Assembly: GCA_009779255.1 (NCBI GenBank)
Contig: WREQ01000004.1
Coordinates: 1-53,768 of the forward strand
Length of the DNA: 53,768 nt
Source: Dehalococcoidia bacterium
GTDB taxonomy: Bacteria; Chloroflexota; Dehalococcoidia; Dehalococcoidales; UBA1222
Direction of reading: 5' to 3'
Each line of letters opens with the position of its first letter. Within the stretch, counting starts at the first letter, position 1. Below, one piece after another: positions 48,679 through 53,768 of the stretch. A program made the position numbers and the translations under genes. The notes under the pieces are model-generated. The model saw nothing but the letters and a program-made list of their open reading frames with translations, was not told where the DNA came from and did not search any database.

Positions 48679-49545
48679 TTATGCCAGCGCCGCCGCGCCG
48701 CCGATGATGTCCAGAAGTTCGGTGGTAATGGACTCCTGACGCGCCTTGTTATAGGCCAGTGTCAAATCCTGTATCAATTCCTGAGCGTTGTCTGTGGCGG
48801 CACGCATGGCGATCATGCGGGCAGATTGCTCGGAGGCAATAGCCTCCAGTACGGAGTGATACACACTCATCTCCACAAAACGAGGCAACAGCGCATCAAG
48901 TACAACGGCGGCATCGGGTTCAAAGGTATAATCCGTCGCCATCATCTTGTCCGAAGACTCGGGAGCGGGTGTCACCGGCAGAATCTGGATGATGGAAGGC
49001 AACTGCGACATGGTATTTACGAAACGCGCATAACACAGATATACCGCATCGACTTTGCCTGAAATAAAATCGTCAATCACAATACGAGAAATAGGCAGGG
49101 TATCCAGTAAGCCCGGCCTATCGCCAAGATTGGCAAACTCAGCAATAACGTCGCGTCCGGTGCGACGCATGAAATCAACGCCCTTGCGCCCTACCGGCAC
49201 CACACTCACCGGCTTGTCATGCTCCAAAATGAAAGTGGCCGCCTTGCGGTTGACATTGGACACCAGCCCGCCGGAAAGACCGCGGTCGGGAGTGATGTGT
49301 ACAAGCGCCACCCTGTTCACCTGCTGACGCATCTGCATCAGCGGATGCATAGTGCGAGCATCCTGCGACATAGCCGCCAGGCTGGCGATAACCTCGGTGA
49401 TTTTCTCGGTGTAGGGACGACCGGCCAAACCGCGCTCCTGCGCCTTGCGCATCTTAGACGCGGCAATCATCTCCATGGCCTTGGTAATCTTGGCCGTGGA
49501 CTGAACGCCGCGAATGCGCCGCCGGATGAGACGAATATTAGCCAA
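48679..49545 (-). CDS. atpG: ATP synthase F1 gamma subunit
   Basis: KITKAMEMIAASK, DRGLSG, ASEQSARM.AM, YNKARQESIT.E. Confidence 0.97.
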   Translation of the reverse strand: MANIRLIRRRIRGVQSTAKITKAMEMIAASKMRKAQERGLAGRPYTEKITEVIASLAAMSQDARTMHPLMQMRQQVNRVALVHITPDRGLSGGLVSNVNRKAATFILEHDKPVSVVPVGRKGVDFMRRTGRDVIAEFANLGDRPGLLDTLPISRIVIDDFISGKVDAVYLCYARFVNTMSQLPSIIQILPVTPAPESSDKMMATDYTFEPDAAVVLDALLPRFVEMSVYHSVLEAIASEQSARMIAMRAATDNAQELIQDLTLAYNKARQESITTELLDIIGGAAALA

Positions 49546-49551
49546 TTCGCA

Positions 49552-51066
49552 CTATCCCTTGCCGAAAGTCCTGCAGAACGCCGTTACAGCCGCGTTGAGT
49601 TTTTCTTCGACGGCATCATCAATCTGCTTATTTTTAGCGATGAACTCGCCGATGTCTGAGTGCTGCGTCGCCATGAACTGATGGAAACCCTTTTCGAACT
49701 CGCCGACCTTTTCCACCGGCACATCGTCAATAAAGCCGTTGACAGCAGCGTAGAGAATCATGACCTGCTGCTCCACCGGCATGGGTTCGTACTGCGGCTG
49801 CTTCAGCAACTCGGTGATGCGCCGGCCGCGATCAATCTGCGCCTTGGTGGACTTGTCTAGTTCAGAAGTGCCGAACTGAGCAAAAGCCGCCAGCTCACGA
49901 TATTGAGCCATGGCCAGCTTCAGTTTTCCGGCCACTTTTTTCATGGCCTTGGTCTGAGCCGACGAACCGACGCGGGACACCGAAGTGCCGGCGTTCAGCG
50001 CAGGGCGGATGCCAGCGTTGAAGAGGTCCCCCTCTAGGTAAATCTGACCGTCGGTAATTGAAATAACGTTGGTGGGAATGTAGGCCGAAACATCTCCGGC
50101 CTGGGTTTCGATAATGGGAAGCGCCGTAAGGGAACCGCCGCCGTGCTCCTTGGACAGACGGGCAGCGCGCTCCAGCAGACGGGAATGTAGATAGAAAACA
50201 TCGCCGGGATAGGCTTCGCGGCCGGGCGGGCGTTTGAGCAACAGCGACAGCTGGCGATACGCCCAGCCATGCTTGGAAAGGTCATCGTAAATCACCAGCG
50301 CGTCTTTGCCGTTTTCCATGAACTCTTCACCGATGGCGCAGCCGGCAAAAGGAGCGAGGTACTGCAGTGCCACCGATTCGGATGAGTTGGCGGCAACCAC
50401 GATGGTATGGTCCATAGCGCCCATCTCGGTGAGCTTGCCAACCACCTGTGCCACCTTTGAGGCCTTTTGACCAACGGCGACATAGATGCAGACAAGATCG
50501 CCGCCCTTCTGGTTTATAATAGCGTCAAGAGCCACGGCGGTCTTGCCGGTGCCGCGGTCACCAATGATGAGTTCGCGCTGACCGCGGCCAATCGGGATCA
50601 TGGCGTCAACGCACTTGATGCCGGTCTGCACAGGAACGTTCACCGACTGACGCATTACCACATTGGGAGCCACACGCTCCAGCGGGCGTGAGGCAGATGA
50701 CTTAACGGACCCCTTACCATCCAGAGGACGGCCAAGCGGGTCCACCACGCGCCCGATCAGGGAGTCCCCGACCGGAACTTCAGCCACGCGTCCGGTGGCG
50801 CACACCTCATCGCCTTCCTTGATTCCGGAGTCATCACCAAGGATAACGGCAGAAACGCTGTCTTTTTCCAGATTCAGCGCGATGCCGATAACACCACCGG
50901 GAAACTCCAGCAGTTCGTTATATCTGGCGGCGGAAAGCCCTTCAACACGTGCGATGCCGTCCCCGATGCTGATCACCGTACCGACATCAACCACTGCCAC
51001 GCCAGTTTTGAAATTTTCGACCTGGGCCTTGAGAGCGGAAATTATATCCCCACCAGAATTTACCAT
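49552..51066 (-). CDS. atpA: ATP synthase F1 alpha subunit
   Basis: [46 protein letters not shown]. Confidence 0.98.
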   Translation of the reverse strand: MVNSGGDIISALKAQVENFKTGVAVVDVGTVISIGDGIARVEGLSAARYNELLEFPGGVIGIALNLEKDSVSAVILGDDSGIKEGDEVCATGRVAEVPVGDSLIGRVVDPLGRPLDGKGSVKSSASRPLERVAPNVVMRQSVNVPVQTGIKCVDAMIPIGRGQRELIIGDRGTGKTAVALDAIINQKGGDLVCIYVAVGQKASKVAQVVGKLTEMGAMDHTIVVAANSSESVALQYLAPFAGCAIGEEFMENGKDALVIYDDLSKHGWAYRQLSLLLKRPPGREAYPGDVFYLHSRLLERAARLSKEHGGGSLTALPIIETQAGDVSAYIPTNVISITDGQIYLEGDLFNAGIRPALNAGTSVSRVGSSAQTKAMKKVAGKLKLAMAQYRELAAFAQFGTSELDKSTKAQIDRGRRITELLKQPQYEPMPVEQQVMILYAAVNGFIDDVPVEKVGEFEKGFHQFMATQHSDIGEFIAKNKQIDDAVEEKLNAAVTAFCRTFGKG

Positions 51067-51599
51067 CGGACCAGCTCCTTGCTAAGTAGATCCAGCTTGC
51101 GGCGCACGCTACCATCAATCAGTTTGTCGCCGACCCTGATGCGCACGCCGCCGATAATAGCGGGGTCGACGCTTGCGTTAACTACCACCGGACGACCCAG
51201 AATTTCGGTAATCTGCCTACCGATTTCAGCACGGTCGGCATCGTCCAAAGCCACAGCAGTGGTTACCTCGGCGATTTCAGCGCCTTCCACCCCATGGTAC
51301 TCGTCCAGCAACTTCTGGTACCCCAGCACAATATCGAAAAACCTATTGAGCTGGCCGTCCTGTGCCATGGCGTTCACCACGCCCAGTGTTTCCGAACTCA
51401 GATCGCCGACGGCGCGCTCCGACAGCAGACGGGCACGCTCCGCGGGAGCAGCCTCTTTGTTGCTCAGAGAAGCAGCAAGGGCATCATCCTTCAGCAGATC
51501 TTCCACCCTGCGCAACTCGCCAAGCCACCTGACTGGCTGCTTCTGCGCCACTGCATACTTAAAAAGCTCTTTGGACAGCATCCTGGGATCAGTCGACAT
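51060..51599 (-). CDS. atpH: ATP synthase delta subunit
   Basis: [31 protein letters not shown]; operon position. Confidence 0.93.
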   Translation of the reverse strand: MSTDPRMLSKELFKYAVAQKQPVRWLGELRRVEDLLKDDALAASLSNKEAAPAERARLLSERAVGDLSSETLGVVNAMAQDGQLNRFFDIVLGYQKLLDEYHGVEGAEIAEVTTAVALDDADRAEIGRQITEILGRPVVVNASVDPAIIGGVRIRVGDKLIDGSVRRKLDLLSKELVRW

Positions 51600-51616
51600 C
51601 GCTTTACCCTTCGATA

Positions 51617-52126
51617 TTAGTTCTTGCTGAGAGCAGCCGCCTCTTTGAGGGCATCGCTGATAAGCTGCTTCTGAGCCTTCTCATCCAGCACATTGCCCAG
51701 CGTCCTGCCGGCAACCTCTACAGCCAGCCCGGCCACGTCATCGCGCAACTCGGCCAAGGTGTTATCGCGCTCCTTCTTGATTTCGATGCGCGCGCTCTCA
51801 ACGATGGCTTCAGCCTGCTTTCTGGCGTCCTGCTCAATGCGAACACGGACCTCTTCGGCGGCCTTGACCGCCTGGTCCACTATCTGCTTGCCGGAAGCAG
51901 CGGCTTCTTCAATCTTCTTCGCCACCTCCAGTTCAGCGGTGACGGCGTTCTGACGGGCGCGTTCTCCAGCATCCAAGCTTTCCTGTATTTTCCCAGCCCT
52001 AGTATCCATCATCTTCATGATGGGCTTATAAGCAAACAATCTGAGCAACAGCAACAACGCACCGAAACTAACCACCTGCGAAATGAAAGTCGGCACATTT
52101 AAACCAAGACTCTCGAATGGATTCAC
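51617..52126 (-). CDS. atpF: ATP synthase F0 b subunit
   Basis: N-terminal TM, FAYKPI..MMD.R, long Ala/Glu-rich coiled coil. Confidence 0.94.
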   Translation of the reverse strand: MNPFESLGLNVPTFISQVVSFGALLLLLRLFAYKPIMKMMDTRAGKIQESLDAGERARQNAVTAELEVAKKIEEAAASGKQIVDQAVKAAEEVRVRIEQDARKQAEAIVESARIEIKKERDNTLAELRDDVAGLAVEVAGRTLGNVLDEKAQKQLISDALKEAAALSKN

Positions 52127-52156
52127 TTTCCCCCTCCTGGGTACAAAGTCTTTTTC

Positions 52157-52387
52157 TTAAGCGACAAAAATCAACAGAATGGAGATAACCAGGGCATAAA
52201 TGGCAATCGCTTCCGTAAGACCGGCCATCAAGATCATGTTCGTAAACATGCGACCTTGCGCCTCAGGGTTACGGGCAACGCCCTGAAGCATAGAATACCC
52301 AATAAGCCCCAACCCGATACCGGGGCCAAACGACCCCACCGCGATGGCCAAACCAGCGCTTAAAAATCTTGCTGCCTCAGCATCCAT
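52157..52387 (-). CDS. atpE: ATP synthase F0 c subunit (H+-type signature)
   Basis: GPGIGLG, ARNPE, LTEAIAIY; lacks the Gln and E-S/T residues of Na+-binding c rings. Confidence 0.96.
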   Translation of the reverse strand: MDAEAARFLSAGLAIAVGSFGPGIGLGLIGYSMLQGVARNPEAQGRMFTNMILMAGLTEAIAIYALVISILLIFVA

Positions 52388-52425
52388 AGTTCCTGAACCT
52401 CCTATAAATTTTCCAGTGAATAATT

Positions 52426-53397
52426 TTACGCTGCTTGATGATGATGATCAGCCGCATCATGGCTACTGACAGACAGAGAGATATACACTATTGTCAGCGT
52501 GCTAAAGACAAGCGCCTGAATCACAGCAAAGAACGCCTCTATACCATAGAACACCATCGGTATGAAATATGGCACCACATAAGCAATAACCAACAAAACA
52601 ATCTTGCCAGCCAACATGCTGCCAAATAGACGGAATGTCAGGGAAACAATTCGGATGAACTCGCCCAACAGCTCTAAAAGACCAACTACGCCTACGATTA
52701 AGCCAGAGAATAGGGCCATTGCATCAAATTTGCCCTTGAAAATTTTCCCAAAGGCACGAATAAAATCACCCCACGTAATGAATTTCTTTAGATAGCCTAA
52801 ACCGAGACGCTTAAATCCCATGAACTCTACTGTACAAAAAGTAATCATCGCTAGAGCAAGCGGAGTATTTAAGTCGGTATTCGCCGGACGTAACACTTCA
52901 ACATGGTAACCATCCACTGTGCTGGTATATATCGCGGTGAACCCTGGGATAAGAGATATAAACGCGCTGAACAAGATGAAGAGAAAAAGAGTTGCCACGA
53001 GGGGAAAGAACTTGCGCCCATCTTTCTCCCCCGCAGTATTAACACACAAATTATAGATGTAGCCTAGGATGCTCTCTGCAACTGACTGTGCACGACCCGG
53101 CACCAATTTCGGCTTGCGTGTAATAAAAAATGCCAAAAGCAACAATACCAAAACGGTCACCCACGTAGCGAGCATGCTGTTGGTTACAGGGAGACCCAAA
53201 ATGTTGAATACGACATCTGCCGGTAGCTTTGGTTGCTTCATTTCCAAAGTCATGAAACTCGGCAAGCCAGTGAAACCGAAGTTGCGACCAAGAGGCCCGG
53301 CTAAAACACCAAGCACCACGGAAGCTAAGACAACAACCGCAGTTAAAATCACAACCGGTAGTGAACAACCAAGAAAGCCTTTTTTCTTATTGGCCAC
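52426..53397 (-). CDS. atpB: ATP synthase F0 a subunit
   Basis: VPGRAQS..E, FFPLVATLFLFI, RPANTDLN, SLTFRLFG, IQALVF..LT.VY. Confidence 0.96.
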   Translation of the reverse strand: MANKKKGFLGCSLPVVILTAVVVLASVVLGVLAGPLGRNFGFTGLPSFMTLEMKQPKLPADVVFNILGLPVTNSMLATWVTVLVLLLLAFFITRKPKLVPGRAQSVAESILGYIYNLCVNTAGEKDGRKFFPLVATLFLFILFSAFISLIPGFTAIYTSTVDGYHVEVLRPANTDLNTPLALAMITFCTVEFMGFKRLGLGYLKKFITWGDFIRAFGKIFKGKFDAMALFSGLIVGVVGLLELLGEFIRIVSLTFRLFGSMLAGKIVLLVIAYVVPYFIPMVFYGIEAFFAVIQALVFSTLTIVYISLSVSSHDAADHHHQAA

Positions 53398-53768
53398 TAG
53401 CTATCCCCTTTACACTGATTGTCCCAGACAAAGGACTGATTACTCTGCACATTCCGAGGGCGGCAACCGCCAGTTCTGCGCCAGACCCTCTGAAATTGTC
53501 GCCGAGAATAATAGCAGAATAGAGAAAGTAAAGTCAAGACGGGTTTCAAGTTGTGAGTTTTGAATTCATAGATGCGGTGGCAGGCGTGGCGGAGAATAGC
53601 CTCAAACGACATGGTCATGCACATAACGCGGAGTACCATTCAAAATTTAATCCGTCGGTGCAGGTAGAATCTCCAGATAATTATAATTGCCGGTTTCAAT
53701 TTCGGTGTATTGCATAATAACCGTCCCTTGTCTCCACCCCAAAGCAGGATTACCCCTATTCCCAAATC

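Noticed and set aside
53397-53768. atpI/atpZ upstream of atpB
   Set aside because: No ORF with the expected hydrophobic pattern. The 80-aa ORF in the track crosses a heptamer tract and looks spurious.

Overview
Bacterial chromosome segment, most likely from a Dehalococcoidia-like member of Chloroflexota (inferred from gene content, not from a search). The core genes are a Moco cluster (moaA-moaC-MOSC facing moeA-moaB), eno, gap, serS, lysS, recO/recR/ybaB/dnaX, prfB with its programmed +1 frameshift, rpsP-khpA-rimM, the F0F1 atpBEFHAGDC operon and three tRNAs (Lys-TTT, Gly-CCC, Ser-TGA). Many small accessory islets interrupt these. They hold three type II toxin-antitoxin pairs, a decayed tyrosine-integrase element at tRNA-Ser, one complete and one partial IS5-family element, several gene remnants and two families of paralogous lipoproteins. 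Four observations stand out. (1) A non-palindromic 17-26 bp motif (GCTCTATTCTCCGTAAATATCCGACC) sits at one edge of each of the three lipoprotein islets, always with the same end facing the accessory DNA, and once exactly where a duplicated gene is cut off. (2) Tandem lipoproteins have near-identical frameworks but an exchanged central loop. (3) An archaeal CetZ-like tubulin homologue is coupled to a Cys-rich protein. (4) A loop-less 44-bp perfect palindrome joins hicB to the integrase. All family assignments come from motif recognition by eye; no database searches were run.
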